A stretch of 50,447 nt of DNA, from NCBI GenBank assembly GCA_035408605.1, contig DAOOCX010000002.1, forward strand, positions 1,294-51,740, read 5' to 3'. The first letter of the stretch is position 1; every line of letters begins with the position of its first letter. The DNA is from Thermomonas sp. (lineage in GTDB: Bacteria; Pseudomonadota; Gammaproteobacteria; Xanthomonadales; Xanthomonadaceae). The translations under genes were made by a program, and so were the position numbers. Below are positions 24,443-36,371 of this stretch, one piece after another. Under the pieces are notes generated by a model. The model saw only the letters and a list, made by a program, of their open reading frames with translations, had not been told where the DNA came from and ran no database searches.

Positions 24443-26119
24443 TCAGCTCGCGCTGGGCGAGCGCAGTTCCTTGCGCAGGATCTTGCCGACATTGCTCTTC
24501 GGCAGCTCGTCGCGGAACTCGACGAACCGCGGCTGCTTGTAACCGGTGAGGTTTTCGCGGCAGAACGCCTTCACCGCATCGGCGGTCAGTGCGGGATCCT
24601 TCTTCACCACGAATACCTTCACCGCCTCGCCGGACTTGTCGTCTGGCACGCCGATCGCGGCCACTTCCAGCACCGCCGGCATCATCGCGATCACGTCCTC
24701 GACTTCGTTCGGATACACGTTGAAGCCGGACACCAGGATCATGTCCTTCTTGCGATCGACGATGTAGAAGTACCCCTGCTCGTCCATTCGCGCCATGTCG
24801 CCGGTATGCAGCCACCCGTTGGCATCCATGACCTTGTCGGTTTCCTCCTGGCGCTGCCAGTAGCCCTTCATGACCTGCGGGCCCTTGACGCAAAGCTCGC
24901 CGACTTCGCCCATCGGCAGCACGTTCCCATCGTCATCCTTGATGCAGACGTGGGTGGACGGTACCGGCAGTCCGATCGAGCCGTTGTAGGCGCGCAGGTC
25001 GAGCGGGTTGATGCACACCGCGGGTGAGGTCTCGGTCAGGCCATAGGCCTCGGCAAGGGTCACGCCGGTGACCTGCTTCCACTTGTCGGCCACCGCGCGT
25101 TGCACGGCCATGCCGCCGCCCAGGGTGAGGTGCAGGCGCGAGAAGTCGACCTGGTCGAAGCCGGGCGTGTTGAGCAGGCCGTTGAACAGGGTGTTGACGC
25201 CGGTGATCGCGGTGAACCGCACCGACTTGATCTCCTTCACGAAGCCCGGCATGTCGCGCGGATTGGTGATCAGCAGGTTGGCTGCGCCGAACTTCATGAA
25301 CACCAGGCAGTTCGAGGTCAGCGCGAAGATGTGGTACAGCGGCAGCGCGGTGACGATGAGTTCCTCGCCCAGCTTGACGTTGGTGCCCACCCACGATGCC
25401 GCCTGCTGCATGTTGGCCACTAGGTTGCGATGGGTCAGCATCGCGCCCTTGGACACGCCGGTGGTGCCGCCGGTGTACTGCAGGAAGGCCAGGTCCTCGG
25501 GCGTGTTGCGGATCACCGGCAACTGGTGCATGCGGCCCAGGGTGAGGGTGTCGCGGAAACGCACGGCGCCGGGGATATCGAAATCCGGCACCATCTTCTT
25601 CACGTGCTTGAGCACGAAGTTGACGATCAGGCCCTTCGGGAAGCCGAGCATGTCGCCGAGGCCGGTGGTCACCGCGCGCACACCGGGAACCTGTACCAGG
25701 ACCTCCTGGGCCACGTTGCCGAAGTTGTCCATCACCACCAGCACGCTGGCGCCGGAGTCCACCAACTGGTGCTTGAGCTCGCGTGCGGTGTACATCGGGT
25801 TGGTGTTGACCACGGTCAGCCCGGCGCGCAGCACGCCCAGGATCGCGACCGGGTACTGCAGGCAGTTGGGCATCATGATCGCCACGCGATCGCCCTTCTT
25901 GAGCTTCAGCTCGCCCAGCAGGTAACCGGCGAAATCCCGGCTCAGGCGTTCCAGTTCGCCATAGGTGATCGACTTGCCCATGCTGATGAACGCGGTCTTG
26001 TCGCGGTACTTCTGCACGGCGGAATCGAAGATGTCATTGATCGACGCGAACTCGTCCAGGTCGATTTCGGCGGGCACGCCAGCGGGGTAGTGGGCCAACC
26101 AAGGACGTTCGGAACTCAT
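24443..26119 (-). CDS. rpfB: Long-chain fatty acyl-CoA ligase RpfB (FadD-like)
   Basis: YTGGTTGVSKG, YGLTE, GWLHTGD, KSNVGKILR; upstream of rpfF. Confidence 0.93.
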   Translation of the reverse strand: MSSERPWLAHYPAGVPAEIDLDEFASINDIFDSAVQKYRDKTAFISMGKSITYGELERLSRDFAGYLLGELKLKKGDRVAIMMPNCLQYPVAILGVLRAGLTVVNTNPMYTARELKHQLVDSGASVLVVMDNFGNVAQEVLVQVPGVRAVTTGLGDMLGFPKGLIVNFVLKHVKKMVPDFDIPGAVRFRDTLTLGRMHQLPVIRNTPEDLAFLQYTGGTTGVSKGAMLTHRNLVANMQQAASWVGTNVKLGEELIVTALPLYHIFALTSNCLVFMKFGAANLLITNPRDMPGFVKEIKSVRFTAITGVNTLFNGLLNTPGFDQVDFSRLHLTLGGGMAVQRAVADKWKQVTGVTLAEAYGLTETSPAVCINPLDLRAYNGSIGLPVPSTHVCIKDDDGNVLPMGEVGELCVKGPQVMKGYWQRQEETDKVMDANGWLHTGDMARMDEQGYFYIVDRKKDMILVSGFNVYPNEVEDVIAMMPAVLEVAAIGVPDDKSGEAVKVFVVKKDPALTADAVKAFCRENLTGYKQPRFVEFRDELPKSNVGKILRKELRSPSAS

Positions 26120-26236
26120 GCACGATTCCCCTGCGAGTGAACGCCGTCATATTCGCCGGCGTATGGATTGCGGTCGATTCCAGCATAGGCTCCAATCATT
26201 GACAAGGCGATTCGTTCGCATCGGAGCAATGCCGCA

Positions 26237-26689
26237 ATGCAGCAATTCCGCGGGTTCCAGCGCATCGCGACCGCCCTCGCCATGACTGCCTGCCTGTGGC
26301 TGGGCGCATGCGCCAAGGACGATCCCGAGCAGGCGGTGCGCCAGCAGGTCGAGGCCATGCAGGCCGCCATCGATGCGCGCGATGCCGGCGACGTGGAAGA
26401 CCTCATCGCCGAGGATTTCGTGGGCAACGAGGGGATGGATCGCCGCGCCATCCGCCAACTGGCCGCCGCGGTGTTCCTGCGCCACAAGACCGTGTCGGCC
26501 AAACTGGGACCGGTGAGCGTGGAGTTGCGTGGCAGCACCGATGCGATCGCGCGCTTCAGCGTGCTGGCGACCGGCAGTTCCGGTGGCTTCCTTCCCGAAA
26601 GCGGCCAGGTCTACCAGGTCGAGTCCGGCTGGCGCCTGGTCGATGGCGAGTGGAAGCTGCTCAATGCCAGCTGGACGCCCAATCTGTAA
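26237..26689 (+). CDS. NTF2/SnoaL-like lipoprotein
   Basis: Lipobox LGAC, C-terminal WRLVDGEWKL strand pattern. Confidence 0.7.
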   Translation: MQQFRGFQRIATALAMTACLWLGACAKDDPEQAVRQQVEAMQAAIDARDAGDVEDLIAEDFVGNEGMDRRAIRQLAAAVFLRHKTVSAKLGPVSVELRGSTDAIARFSVLATGSSGGFLPESGQVYQVESGWRLVDGEWKLLNASWTPNL

Positions 26690-26719
26690 GTCCGGCGCTC
26701 AAGACGGCGCGCGTTCGCG

Positions 26720-27607
26720 ATGAGCCCGTCTGGCGACATCAATCCCAGCCACTTGCAACTGCCGCCCGGCCCCTGGGCGACCTTGCTCGACGGGTTATGC
26801 GCGCGGTTCCCGCGGATCACGCGTGAAACGTGGCTCCAGCGCTTTGCGCGCGGACGGGTGCAGGACGCGGACGGACAGGCGCTGGCGGCGGATGCGCGAT
26901 ACCGGGCGGGAACCGTGGTCCGTTACTTCCGCGAGGTCGACGACGAGCCGCGGATTCCGTTCGAAGCGAAGATCCTGTTCGCCGACGCCGACCTGGTGGT
27001 GGCGGACAAGCCGCACTTCCTGCCGGTGACGCCGGCCGGGCGTTTCGTGGACGAAACGTTGCTGGCACGGTTGCGGCAGCAACTGGACAACCCGGCGCTG
27101 GTGCCGTTGCACCGCATCGACCGCGAAACCGCGGGGGTGGTGATGTTCTCGGCCAACCCGGCGTCTCGCGCGGCGTATCACGCGTTGTTCCAGCAGCGGG
27201 CGGTGGAGAAGGCCTATGAGGCCATCGCGCCGCCATTGCCGGCGCTGGCGATGCCGCATGTGCGCCGCTCGCAGTTGCGCGCGGGCGAGCCGTTCTTCCG
27301 GATGCGCGAGGGCGACGGCCCCGTCAACAGCGAAACGCGGATCGAGGTGATGCAACGGGGACTGCACGCATGGCGCTATGGCCTGCATCCGGTCACCGGC
27401 CGCAAGCATCAATTGCGCGTGCACATGGCCGCGCTGGGCGCGCCAATCGCCAACGACAGCCTCTATCCGGCGATGTCGATGCGGACGCCCGATGATTTCG
27501 GCAGGCCGTTGCAACTGCTGGCCAAGGCGCTGCGCTTCATCGATCCGCTCGATGGCACGGCGCGCATGTTCGAAAGCCGCCAGGCGCTCGTGCTCGTGGA
27601 CGCGTGA
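26720..27607 (+). CDS. RluA family pseudouridine synthase
   Basis: [25 protein letters not shown]. Confidence 0.92.
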   Translation: MSPSGDINPSHLQLPPGPWATLLDGLCARFPRITRETWLQRFARGRVQDADGQALAADARYRAGTVVRYFREVDDEPRIPFEAKILFADADLVVADKPHFLPVTPAGRFVDETLLARLRQQLDNPALVPLHRIDRETAGVVMFSANPASRAAYHALFQQRAVEKAYEAIAPPLPALAMPHVRRSQLRAGEPFFRMREGDGPVNSETRIEVMQRGLHAWRYGLHPVTGRKHQLRVHMAALGAPIANDSLYPAMSMRTPDDFGRPLQLLAKALRFIDPLDGTARMFESRQALVLVDA

Positions 27608-27651
27608 CGCTGCGGCGCGCCGTCAGGGCCGGGTGCGGGCCCGACCGAACG

Positions 27652-30411
27652 TCATGCCGCTTGCTTGCCCGCCAGTTGCCGCAGCACGTATTGCAGCAGG
27701 CCACCGTGCCGGAAGTAGTCGACTTCCTTCGGCGTGGCCAACAGCACCCTGGCCTGGAAGGCGATCGTGCTGCCGCCGGCTTTCGTCGCCGTCACCGTGG
27801 CGGTCTTCGACGCACCATCGGCCAGGCCGGTGATGGAGAACGTTTCCGAACCGTCCAGGCCGAGTTCCATGGCGTTGTCGCCATCGATGAACTGCAGCGG
27901 CAGCACGCCCATGCCGACCAGGTTGGCGCGATGGATGCGCTCGAAGCTCTCGGCGATGACGGCTTTCACGCCGAGCAGGTTGGTGCCCTTGGCCGCCCAG
28001 TCGCGCGATGAGCCGGTGCCGTATTCCTTGCCGGCGATCACCACCAGCGGCACGCCGTCGGCCTTGTACTTCATCGCTGCGTCGTAGATCGCCAGCTTCT
28101 CAGGCTTGGCGTCGCTGCTGAAATACAGGGTGTTGCCGCCTTCCTCGCCGCCGAACATCAGGTTCTTGATGCGGATGTTGGCAAAGGTACCGCGCACCAT
28201 CACGTCGTCGTTGCCGCGACGCGAGCCGTAGCTGTTGAAGTCCGCCGGCTGCACGCCGCGTTCCTGCAGGAAGCGGCCCGCCGGCGAGCTGCCCTTGATG
28301 TTGCCGGCTGGCGAGATGTGGTCGGTGGTGATCGAATCGCCGAACAACCCCAGCACGCGCATGCCATGCAGGTCTTCGATGTGGCCGACGTGCATGGTCA
28401 TGCCATCGAAGTAGGGCGGGTTCTTGATGTAGGTGGACGCGGCATCCCACTGGAAGGATTCGCCTTCCGGCGACGCGATGCCGTTCCAGCGCGAATCGCC
28501 CTTGAACACGTCGGCATAGTTTTGCGCGAAGAGTTCAGGGCCGACAGTCGCCGCGATGCTGTCGCCGATTTCCTTGTTGCTCGGCCAGATGTCGCGCAGG
28601 TAGACATCGTTGCCATCGCCGTCCTTGCCGAGCGGATCGCGGGTCAGGTCGATGTCGACGGTGCCGGCGATCGCATAGGCCACCACGAGCGGCGGCGAGG
28701 CGAGGTAGTTCGCTTTCACCTCGGGATGCACGCGGCCTTCGAAATTGCGGTTACCGGACAACACCGAAGCAACGACCAGTTCGTTCTCTGCGATGCCCTT
28801 GCTCACTTCGTCCGGCAGCGGTCCGGAGTTGCCGATGCAGGTGGTGCAGCCATAACCGACCACGAAGAAACCGAGTTGCTCCAGGTCGTCCAGCACGCCG
28901 GCCTTGCGCAGGTAGTCGGTCACGACCAGCGAGCCCGGGCCCAGCGAGGTCTTCACCCACGGCGCGGCTTTCAGTCCTTTCGCAACGGCATTGCGCGCCA
29001 GCAGGCCGGCACCGAGCATCACCGCCGGGTTCGAGGTGTTGGTGCACGAGGTGATCGCCGCGATCACCACGGAACCGTCGGTGAGTTCGGCATCGACGTC
29101 GCGGATGCGGATCATCGAGCGCGGCCTGACCGCCAGGTGCTCGGCTTGCGGTTGAGCGCCGCCTTCGTCCTTGAAGTCCTGCACGACCGGGTTGCGCGCC
29201 TTGCGGTTGGCGGTCAGCGGGCCCAGGTTGTCGGCGAAATTGGCCTGCACGTCTTCCAGCAGCACGCGATCCTGCGGGCGCTTGGGGCCGGCCAGCGAGG
29301 GCCGCACCGAGGCCATGTCCAACGCCAGCGTGGCGGAGTAGTTCGCGTGCGGCGACATCGCGTCGTGCCACAGGCCCTGCGCCTTCGCGTAGGCCTCGAC
29401 CAGCGCAATCTGCGCCTCGCTGCGGCCGGACAGGCGCAGGTAGGTGATGGACTCGGCATCGATCGGGAAGATGCCGCAGGTCGCGCCGTACTCCGGTGCC
29501 ATGTTGGCGATCGTGGCGCGATCGGCCAACGGCAGGTGCTGCAGGCCGTTGCCGAAGAACTCCACGAACTTGCCGACCACGCCGTGCTTGCGCAGCATCT
29601 GGGTCACGGTCAACACCAGGTCGGTGGCAGTGGCGCCCTCGGGCAGTGTTCCGGTCAGCTGGAACCCGACCACCTGCGGGATCAGCATCGAGGAGGGCTG
29701 GCCCAGCATCGCCGCCTCCGCTTCGATCCCGCCCACGCCCCAGCCCAGCACGCCCAGGCCGTTGATCATCGTGGTGTGCGAATCGGTGCCGAACACGGTG
29801 TCGGGGAAGGCCCAGGTGTCGCCATCGATGTCGCGCTCCACCACCACGCGCGCCAGGTGCTCCAGGTTCACCTGGTGGACGATGCCGGTGTTCGGCGGCA
29901 CTACCTTGAAGTTGCCGAAGGCCTTCTGGCCCCAGCGCAGGAAGCTGTAGCGTTCCGCGTTGCGCTGGAATTCGATCTTGCCGTTGAGGTCCAGCGCGTC
30001 GGCGCGGCCGAACACGTCCACCTGCACCGAATGGTCGATGACCAGTTCCGAGGGGATCAGCGGATTGATCTGGCTGGCCTTGCCGCCGAGCTTCACCACC
30101 GCGTCGCGCATCGCCGCCAGGTCGACCACGCAGGGCACGCCGGTGAAATCCTGCAGGACCACGCGGGCGGGCATGAAGGCGATCTCGGTGGCGGGTTCGG
30201 CTTGCGCATCCCAGCGGGCCAGCGCCTCGATGTGGTCGCGCCCCACCGTGACGCCGCCGTCCTCGTGGCGCAGCAGGTTCTCCAGCAGGATCTTCAGCGA
30301 GTAGGGCAGGCGGGCGATGTCGAACTGTTCGCCCAGCTTCGCCAGGCTGGCGTAGGCATACGAGGTGCCGTTGACGTCAAGGCGGGCGCGGGTGGCGAAG
30401 GAGTCGGCCAT
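27652..30411 (-). CDS. acnA: Aconitate hydratase A (RpfA)
   Basis: [47 protein letters not shown]; start MADSF. Confidence 0.98.
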   Translation of the reverse strand: MADSFATRARLDVNGTSYAYASLAKLGEQFDIARLPYSLKILLENLLRHEDGGVTVGRDHIEALARWDAQAEPATEIAFMPARVVLQDFTGVPCVVDLAAMRDAVVKLGGKASQINPLIPSELVIDHSVQVDVFGRADALDLNGKIEFQRNAERYSFLRWGQKAFGNFKVVPPNTGIVHQVNLEHLARVVVERDIDGDTWAFPDTVFGTDSHTTMINGLGVLGWGVGGIEAEAAMLGQPSSMLIPQVVGFQLTGTLPEGATATDLVLTVTQMLRKHGVVGKFVEFFGNGLQHLPLADRATIANMAPEYGATCGIFPIDAESITYLRLSGRSEAQIALVEAYAKAQGLWHDAMSPHANYSATLALDMASVRPSLAGPKRPQDRVLLEDVQANFADNLGPLTANRKARNPVVQDFKDEGGAQPQAEHLAVRPRSMIRIRDVDAELTDGSVVIAAITSCTNTSNPAVMLGAGLLARNAVAKGLKAAPWVKTSLGPGSLVVTDYLRKAGVLDDLEQLGFFVVGYGCTTCIGNSGPLPDEVSKGIAENELVVASVLSGNRNFEGRVHPEVKANYLASPPLVVAYAIAGTVDIDLTRDPLGKDGDGNDVYLRDIWPSNKEIGDSIAATVGPELFAQNYADVFKGDSRWNGIASPEGESFQWDAASTYIKNPPYFDGMTMHVGHIEDLHGMRVLGLFGDSITTDHISPAGNIKGSSPAGRFLQERGVQPADFNSYGSRRGNDDVMVRGTFANIRIKNLMFGGEEGGNTLYFSSDAKPEKLAIYDAAMKYKADGVPLVVIAGKEYGTGSSRDWAAKGTNLLGVKAVIAESFERIHRANLVGMGVLPLQFIDGDNAMELGLDGSETFSITGLADGASKTATVTATKAGGSTIAFQARVLLATPKEVDYFRHGGLLQYVLRQLAGKQAA

Positions 30412-30514
30412 GTGGGGCTCCGTGGCGGGCGGGGGATCGGGCCAGTGTACGTGCGGCGGGATGACCGCGCCGTTGCGGTGGCGCCACCCGCCGATCGACG
30501 GCCGGGCACCGGTA

Positions 30515-30555
30515 CGCGAAGAGAAGTATGTATAATTTCCGCATACTTTTTCGCG
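30515..30555 (+). promoter_or_regulatory. Inverted-repeat operator enclosing a TATAAT -10 box
   Basis: AAGTATG (30524-30530), TATAAT (30531-30536), CATACTT (30542-30548); outer arms CGCGAA/TTCGCG. Confidence 0.75.
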
Positions 30556-30568
30556 CGTGGAGCTCCCG

Positions 30569-30766
30569 ATGGAAGCCACCGTTGCCGAACGCGGGCAGAT
30601 CACCCTGCCCAAGCCCGTGCGTGATGCGCTGGGCCTGGCCAAGGGCAGCGTGCTCAAGGTCGAACTGGAAGGCGGTCGCATCGTCCTGAGCAAGCACGTG
30701 GACGACGCGATCTCGCGGGTCCGCGGCAAGTTCGCGCTGGACCTGCCGGCCGGCGGCAAGGGTTGA
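30569..30766 (+). CDS. AbrB/MazE/SpoVT family DNA-binding protein (VapB-like)
   Basis: [17 protein letters not shown] swapped-hairpin signature. Confidence 0.9.
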   Translation: MEATVAERGQITLPKPVRDALGLAKGSVLKVELEGGRIVLSKHVDDAISRVRGKFALDLPAGGKG

Positions 30767-30770
30767 GCCG

Positions 30771-31169
30771 ATGATCGCGGTCGACGCGCCCGTGCTGGTC
30801 GAACTGCTGACGGACGGCCCGCGCGCGGATGCCGCCGAAACATCCCTGCGCCAGGCACTTGGCAGTGGCCGGGTGGTGGTCTGCGATGCAGCGCTGGCCG
30901 GCGTCTGCGCGTCGCTTCGCAACGGCGCAGATGCGCTCAGCGCCCTCGAGGACATGGGCGTGCACTACAGCGCGGTCGAATCCAAGTCCGCGCTGCGTGC
31001 CGGCGAGATGCAACGACGCCAGCGCCAGCGCAACGACGAGACGCGTCCGCTCGCGGACTTCCTGGTCGGAGCGCATGCACTGCTGCAATGCGACGCGCTG
31101 ATCACCTACGAAACCACTTTTCATCGCGACTACTTCAAGGGCCTGAAGCTGATCGTTCCGAAGGCCTGA
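30771..31169 (+). CDS. PIN-domain (VapC-like) protein, degenerate active site
   Basis: [19 protein letters not shown]; directly follows the AbrB gene. Confidence 0.85.
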   Translation: MIAVDAPVLVELLTDGPRADAAETSLRQALGSGRVVVCDAALAGVCASLRNGADALSALEDMGVHYSAVESKSALRAGEMQRRQRQRNDETRPLADFLVGAHALLQCDALITYETTFHRDYFKGLKLIVPKA

Positions 31170-31208
31170 TACCTGATACCCGTTGCAACTTTTCCCGGAG
31201 ACGCCCCC

Positions 31209-33800
31209 ATGCTGGAAGCCTATCGCCACCACGCCGCCGAACGCGCCGCCCTCGGCATCCCGCCGCTGCCGCTGAGCGCGCAACAGACCGCCGAGGTCAT
31301 CGACCTGCTCAAGGATCCACCGGCGGGCGAGGCGCAATTCCTCGTTGACCTCATCACCCATCGCGTGCCGGCGGGCGTCGACGATGCGGCCAAGGTCAAG
31401 GCCAGCTACCTGGCGGCACTCGCGTTCGGCAGCGAAGCGAATCCGCTCATTTCCCGGGCGCGTGCCACCGAACTGCTCGGCACCATGCTGGGCGGCTACA
31501 ACGTGCACCCGCTGATCGAATTGCTGGACGATGCCGAGGTCGGTGCCATCGCCGCCGAGGCGTTGAAGCACACCCTGCTGGTGTTCGATGCCTTCCACGA
31601 CGTGCAGGAAAAGGCCAACGCCGGCAATGCCAATGCGCAGGCCGTCCTGCAGAGCTGGGCCAACGCCGAATGGTTCACCAGCAAGCCGGAAGTGCCGGCA
31701 TCGCTGACTATCACCGTGTTCAAGGTGCCGGGCGAGACCAATACCGACGACCTGTCGCCGGCACCCGACGCGACCACCCGCCCGGACATCCCGCTGCACG
31801 CGCTGGCGATGCTGAAGAACTCGCGTCCCGACGCTCCGTTCGCGCCCGAGGAAGACGGCAAGCGCGGCCCGATCGCGCAGATCCTGGCGCTGAAGGAGAA
31901 GGGTCATCTGGTGGCCTACGTCGGCGACGTGGTCGGCACCGGTTCGTCGCGCAAGTCGGCGACCAACAGCGTGCTCTGGTTCACCGGCGAGGACATTCCC
32001 TTCATCCCGAACAAGCGCTTCGGCGGTGTCTGCCTGGGCTCGAAGATCGCGCCGATCTTCTACAACACGATGGAAGACGCGGGCGCGCTGCCGATCGAAC
32101 TCGACGTGTCGCAGATGCACCACGGCGACGTGGTCGAACTGCGTCCGTACGACGGCAAGGCGCTCAAGGACGGCGCGGTGATCGCCGAGTTCCAGGTGAA
32201 GTCCGAGGTGCTGTTCGACGAAGTGCGTGCCGGTGGCCGCATCCCGCTGATCATCGGCCGTGGCCTGACCGCCAAGGCACGCGAGGCGTTGGGCCTGCCG
32301 GCATCGACCCTGTTCCGCCTCCCGCAGCAACCGGCCGACACCGGCAAGGGCTTCACCCTGGCGCAGAAGATGGTGGGGCGCGCCTGCGGCCTGCCGGAAG
32401 GCCAGGGCGTGCGCCCGGGCACCTACTGCGAACCGAAGATGACCTCGGTGGGCTCGCAGGACACCACCGGCCCGATGACCCGCGACGAGCTGAAGGACCT
32501 GGCCTGCCTGGGCTTCAGCGCCGACCTGGTGATGCAGTCGTTCTGCCACACCGCGGCCTATCCGAAGCCGGTCGACGTGAAGACGCACCACACGTTGCCG
32601 GACTTCATCTCCACCCGCGGCGGCATTTCGTTGCGTCCGGGCGACGGCATCATCCACAGCTGGCTCAACCGCATGCTGTTGCCGGATACCGTGGGCACCG
32701 GCGGTGACTCGCATACGCGGTTCCCGATCGGCATTTCGTTCCCGGCCGGCTCTGGCCTGGTCGCGTTCGCCGCGGCCACGGGCGTGATGCCGCTGGACAT
32801 GCCGGAGTCGGTGCTGGTGCGCTTCAAGGGCACGCTGCAACCGGGCGTGACCCTGCGCGACCTGGTCCACGCGATCCCGCTGTACGCCATCAAGTCCGGG
32901 CTGTTGACCGTGGCGAAACAGGGCAAGAAGAACATCTTCTCCGGTCGCATCCTGGAGATCGAAGGCCTGCCGGACCTGAAGATCGAGCAGGCGTTCGAAC
33001 TGGCCGATGCCTCGGCGGAACGTTCGGCCGCCGGTTGCACCGTGCGCCTCAACGAAGCCCCGATCGTCGAGTACCTGACCAGCAATATCACCCTGCTGAA
33101 GTGGATGATCGCGGAAGGCTATGCGGACGCGCGTTCGCTCGCCCGTCGCATCGCCAAGATGGAGGCGTGGTTGGCCTCGCCGCAGCTGTTGCAGCCGGAT
33201 GCCGATGCCGAGTACGCCGCGGTCATCGAGATCGACCTGGATGACGTGGTCGAGCCCATCGTGTGCTGCCCCAACGATCCGGACGACGCCAAGACCCTGT
33301 CCGACGTGGCCGGCGCGACCATCGATGAAGTCTTCATCGGCTCGTGCATGACCAACATCGGCCACTTCCGCGCGGCCGCGAAGCTGCTGGAAGGCAAGCG
33401 CGACATCCCCACGCGCCTGTGGGTGGCACCGCCGACCAAGATGGATGCCGCGGAACTGACCAAGGAAGGCCACTACGGCACCTTCGGCGCCGCCGGTGCG
33501 CGCATGGAGATGCCGGGCTGCTCGCTGTGCATGGGCAACCAGGCGCAGATCCGCGAAGGCGCGACGGCGATGTCCACGTCGACCCGCAACTTCCCGAACC
33601 GGCTGGGCCGCAACACCAACGTGTACCTGGGGTCGGCGGAACTGGCGGCGATCTGCTCGCGGCTGGGGCGCATCCCGACCCGCGAGGAGTACATGGCCGA
33701 CATCGGCGTGGTCAACGCGAATGGCGAGAAGATCTATCGCTACATGAACTTCGACAAGATCGGCGAGTACAAGGACGTGGCGGACACCGTCGCGGCTTGA
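31209..33800 (+). CDS. acnB: Aconitate hydratase B
   Basis: [40 protein letters not shown]. Confidence 0.98.
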   Translation: MLEAYRHHAAERAALGIPPLPLSAQQTAEVIDLLKDPPAGEAQFLVDLITHRVPAGVDDAAKVKASYLAALAFGSEANPLISRARATELLGTMLGGYNVHPLIELLDDAEVGAIAAEALKHTLLVFDAFHDVQEKANAGNANAQAVLQSWANAEWFTSKPEVPASLTITVFKVPGETNTDDLSPAPDATTRPDIPLHALAMLKNSRPDAPFAPEEDGKRGPIAQILALKEKGHLVAYVGDVVGTGSSRKSATNSVLWFTGEDIPFIPNKRFGGVCLGSKIAPIFYNTMEDAGALPIELDVSQMHHGDVVELRPYDGKALKDGAVIAEFQVKSEVLFDEVRAGGRIPLIIGRGLTAKAREALGLPASTLFRLPQQPADTGKGFTLAQKMVGRACGLPEGQGVRPGTYCEPKMTSVGSQDTTGPMTRDELKDLACLGFSADLVMQSFCHTAAYPKPVDVKTHHTLPDFISTRGGISLRPGDGIIHSWLNRMLLPDTVGTGGDSHTRFPIGISFPAGSGLVAFAAATGVMPLDMPESVLVRFKGTLQPGVTLRDLVHAIPLYAIKSGLLTVAKQGKKNIFSGRILEIEGLPDLKIEQAFELADASAERSAAGCTVRLNEAPIVEYLTSNITLLKWMIAEGYADARSLARRIAKMEAWLASPQLLQPDADAEYAAVIEIDLDDVVEPIVCCPNDPDDAKTLSDVAGATIDEVFIGSCMTNIGHFRAAAKLLEGKRDIPTRLWVAPPTKMDAAELTKEGHYGTFGAAGARMEMPGCSLCMGNQAQIREGATAMSTSTRNFPNRLGRNTNVYLGSAELAAICSRLGRIPTREEYMADIGVVNANGEKIYRYMNFDKIGEYKDVADTVAA

Positions 33801-33808
33801 GTGATCTC

Positions 33809-33867
33809 ACCCCCTCCCCTTGTGGGAGAGGGGTTCGAAGAAGCGCCCGGCAATGCCGGGCGTTTTC
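33809..33867. terminator. REP-like hairpin plus terminator after acnB
   Basis: CCCCTCCC..GGGAGAGGGG hairpin, then CGCCCGGCA-A-TGCCGGGCG-TTTT. Confidence 0.65.
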
Positions 33868-33905
33868 ATATGCATCGAAGTGCTGGTCGTCGCGCATCGC
33901 CCGAC

Positions 33906-33985
33906 GGCTGGCCTCCAACCGCGAATGTCCTCCGCCAGCGATGAAGCCGCTGGCTCCCCCTTGATTTCGCGGTTGGAGGCCAGCC
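33906..33985. repeat. Structured palindromic element A
   Basis: Perfect 20-bp inverted repeat (33906-33925 / 33966-33985) with inner stem GCCAGCG/CGCTGGC. Confidence 0.8.
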
Positions 33986-34068
33986 ATCAGGCGATCTTCA
34001 TGTCGTGTTGTCGGTCTGGCAGAGCGAGCCTTTCCATCACTCGTGTCTGATGGTCGGGCAGGACGTTT

Positions 34069-34153
34069 GGCAGCGGGGCTATTTTGGCGAAATCAAGGAG
34101 GAGGCAGCAGCTCCATCGCTGCCGGGGACATTCGCCGAAATAGCCCCGCTGCC
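34069..34153. repeat. Structured palindromic element B (inverted homolog of A)
   Basis: 22/23-bp inverted repeat; core matches the reverse complement of A at 44/50. Confidence 0.8.
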
Positions 34154-34182
34154 GAGCGACCTGCATGCGATAGACAAGGAGC

Positions 34183-34791
34183 TCAGCGCAACAACGCGTC
34201 GATCGCCGCCGCCATGTCGCGTCGCTTGAAGGCGAAATCCCACAAACTGCCACCGTTCTGCCGCCACAAGACCGCGGAGCGCAGGGCAGCAAGCAACAGC
34301 GCACGGACTTCGGCGACCACGCCGGCTTGCCCCAAATAATGCGGGTTGCCTTGCACCATCACCCGCGGACGCAAGGTGCTTACGGTGTCTGCGTACAGGC
34401 TACCCAGGCCGGCGATCACGTCCGGATGCGTGCTGCCCAGGCGTTCGGCCGGCGCCGACAACGCGATGATCCCGGTCTGCACCTTGTGGACAATACCGGC
34501 ATCGCCCTGGAAACGGCGCTCCAGTTGCAATACCGAGAGCCCTAGCTTCGCCAGTGTTTCATCGCGCTCGTTGTTGGCCAGGTAGTTGTGCAGCAGGCGC
34601 AGCCCGGCATTGACCGCGCCGGCATCGCCATACACCGCCTTTGTGGTGGCGGCGTCGATGCGGAACACGCTGTCCAGCGCGACCTCCGCCTGTGCGGTCT
34701 CCGACTGGCCGGTCTCGGCGATCCGGCGCACCTGCGCCAGTGCCTGCAACACGCCGGCCAGGGCCAGTACGCGGTCTTCCATGTCGCTCAT
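34183..34791 (-). CDS. hflD: High frequency lysogenization protein HflD
   Basis: [38 protein letters not shown]; downstream of mnmA. Confidence 0.93.
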   Translation of the reverse strand: MSDMEDRVLALAGVLQALAQVRRIAETGQSETAQAEVALDSVFRIDAATTKAVYGDAGAVNAGLRLLHNYLANNERDETLAKLGLSVLQLERRFQGDAGIVHKVQTGIIALSAPAERLGSTHPDVIAGLGSLYADTVSTLRPRVMVQGNPHYLGQAGVVAEVRALLLAALRSAVLWRQNGGSLWDFAFKRRDMAAAIDALLR

Positions 34792-35912
34792 GCAGCGTCG
34801 TTCCTCGTGAGTCGGTGCGGGACGGCGGGCGCATCCGTGTGCAGGATGACCGCACCCCCCAGGCACACGTCGCCGTCGTAGAGCACCAGCGATTGCCCTG
34901 GCGTGACGGCGCGTTGCGGGCGCGCGAAGCGCACGCTGGCACTGCCGTCGGCGAGCACCTGGACATCGCAGGGTTCATCCGGTTGCCGGTAGCGCGTCTG
35001 CGCCGTGCAGTTGAAGCGTGAAGCCGGGGCTGCGCCTGCGATCCAGTGCATCGTCTCCGTACGCAGCGACTGCGACTGCAACCACGGGCTGTCGTGGCCC
35101 TGGTCGACGTAGAGCAGGTTGCGTTCGACATCCTTGCCGACCACGAACCACGGTGCCTGCGGGCGGCCACGCACGCCGCCGATGTGCAGGCCTTCGCGCT
35201 GGCCAAGCGTGTAGTAGAAGACGCCAGGATGTTCGCCCACCCGGTGGCCGGCAGGGTCGCGGATCTCGCCAGGCCGGGCCGGCATGTACTGGCCCAGGAA
35301 CTCGCGGAAATCGCGTTCGCCGATGAAACAGATACCGGTTGAATCTTTTTTCGCCGCGGTCGGCAATTGCTGTTCGGTCGCGATCCGGCGCACCTCGTCC
35401 TTGTGCAACTCGCCCAGCGGGAAGCGCGTTGCCGCCAGTTGCCGCTGGCCCAGCTGGTGGAGGAAATAGCTCTGGTCCTTGCCGCGATCCTTCGCCCGCA
35501 GCAAGCGATATTCACCGGCGACGCAGTCGACGCGGGCGTAATGGCCGGTGGCAATGGCATCAGCGCCGAGGTCGTGCGCGGCGTCGAGGAAATGCTTGAA
35601 CTTGATTTCGCGGTTGCACAGCACGTCCGGGTTCGGCGTGCGGCCCGCGGCATATTCGGCAAGAAAATGCTGGAATACGCCGTCCCAGTATTCGCGGGAG
35701 AAATCGCGGAAGCGGATCGGCAGGCCCAGCTTTCCGCTCACCGCGACCGCATCGCGCCGGTCGTCTTCTGCACGGCAATCGCCGGATCCATCGTCGGCCC
35801 AGTTCTGCATGAACAGGCCGGTAACATCGAAGCCGGCATCGCGCAGCAACAGGGCGGCCACGGAAGAATCCACGCCTCCCGACATGCCGACGACGATGCG
35901 ACCCGCGTTCAT
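34788..35912 (-). CDS. mnmA: tRNA 2-thiouridylase MnmA
   Basis: [35 protein letters not shown]. Confidence 0.98.
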   Translation of the reverse strand: MNAGRIVVGMSGGVDSSVAALLLRDAGFDVTGLFMQNWADDGSGDCRAEDDRRDAVAVSGKLGLPIRFRDFSREYWDGVFQHFLAEYAAGRTPNPDVLCNREIKFKHFLDAAHDLGADAIATGHYARVDCVAGEYRLLRAKDRGKDQSYFLHQLGQRQLAATRFPLGELHKDEVRRIATEQQLPTAAKKDSTGICFIGERDFREFLGQYMPARPGEIRDPAGHRVGEHPGVFYYTLGQREGLHIGGVRGRPQAPWFVVGKDVERNLLYVDQGHDSPWLQSQSLRTETMHWIAGAAPASRFNCTAQTRYRQPDEPCDVQVLADGSASVRFARPQRAVTPGQSLVLYDGDVCLGGAVILHTDAPAVPHRLTRNDAA

Positions 35913-36370
35913 GCCAGTTGCCGCACCAGGTCCAGCGGATGCCGGCTGCCGCCGAGGTAGTCGGCGACGCAGCGCCAGACGAGGGGACTGCGATGGCGCG
36001 ATGCCAACGCCTGCAGCTCGGACGGGGCCAGCCACAGCGCCTGCACGATGCCTTCGTCCAGTCGGGCATCCGGAACCTGGTGGATCGGTTCGGCGGCGAA
36101 GGCGAAGCGCAGGTAGTGGCGGCCGGTCTCCGCCTTCCACTGGTAGGCACCGACCAGATCGGTCACCCGCACGTTCCAGCCGGTTTCTTCGCGGGTTTCG
36201 CGCACCGCGGCCTCGATGAGGCTTTCATCCGGCTCCAGGTGCCCGGCCGGCTGGTTGATGACCAGTTGCCCGTTGGCGCGCTCCTCCACGCACAGCAGGC
36301 GACCGTCGCGCACCACCAGCGTGGCCACGGTCACGTCCGGCTGCCAGAAACGGCCCTCGCGATAACTCAT
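35909..36370 (-). CDS. nudJ: Nudix hydrolase, NudJ-like
   Basis: NQPAGHLE..E...[11 protein letters not shown]; upstream of mnmA. Confidence 0.85.
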   Translation of the reverse strand: MSYREGRFWQPDVTVATLVVRDGRLLCVEERANGQLVINQPAGHLEPDESLIEAAVRETREETGWNVRVTDLVGAYQWKAETGRHYLRFAFAAEPIHQVPDARLDEGIVQALWLAPSELQALASRHRSPLVWRCVADYLGGSRHPLDLVRQLA

Positions 36371-36371
36371 C

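Noticed and set aside
33820-34339. Small ORFs between acnB and hflD, or a CRISPR array or attC sites there
   Set aside because: No protein motifs; only two inverted repeat copies with no spacer array, cas gene or integron integrase
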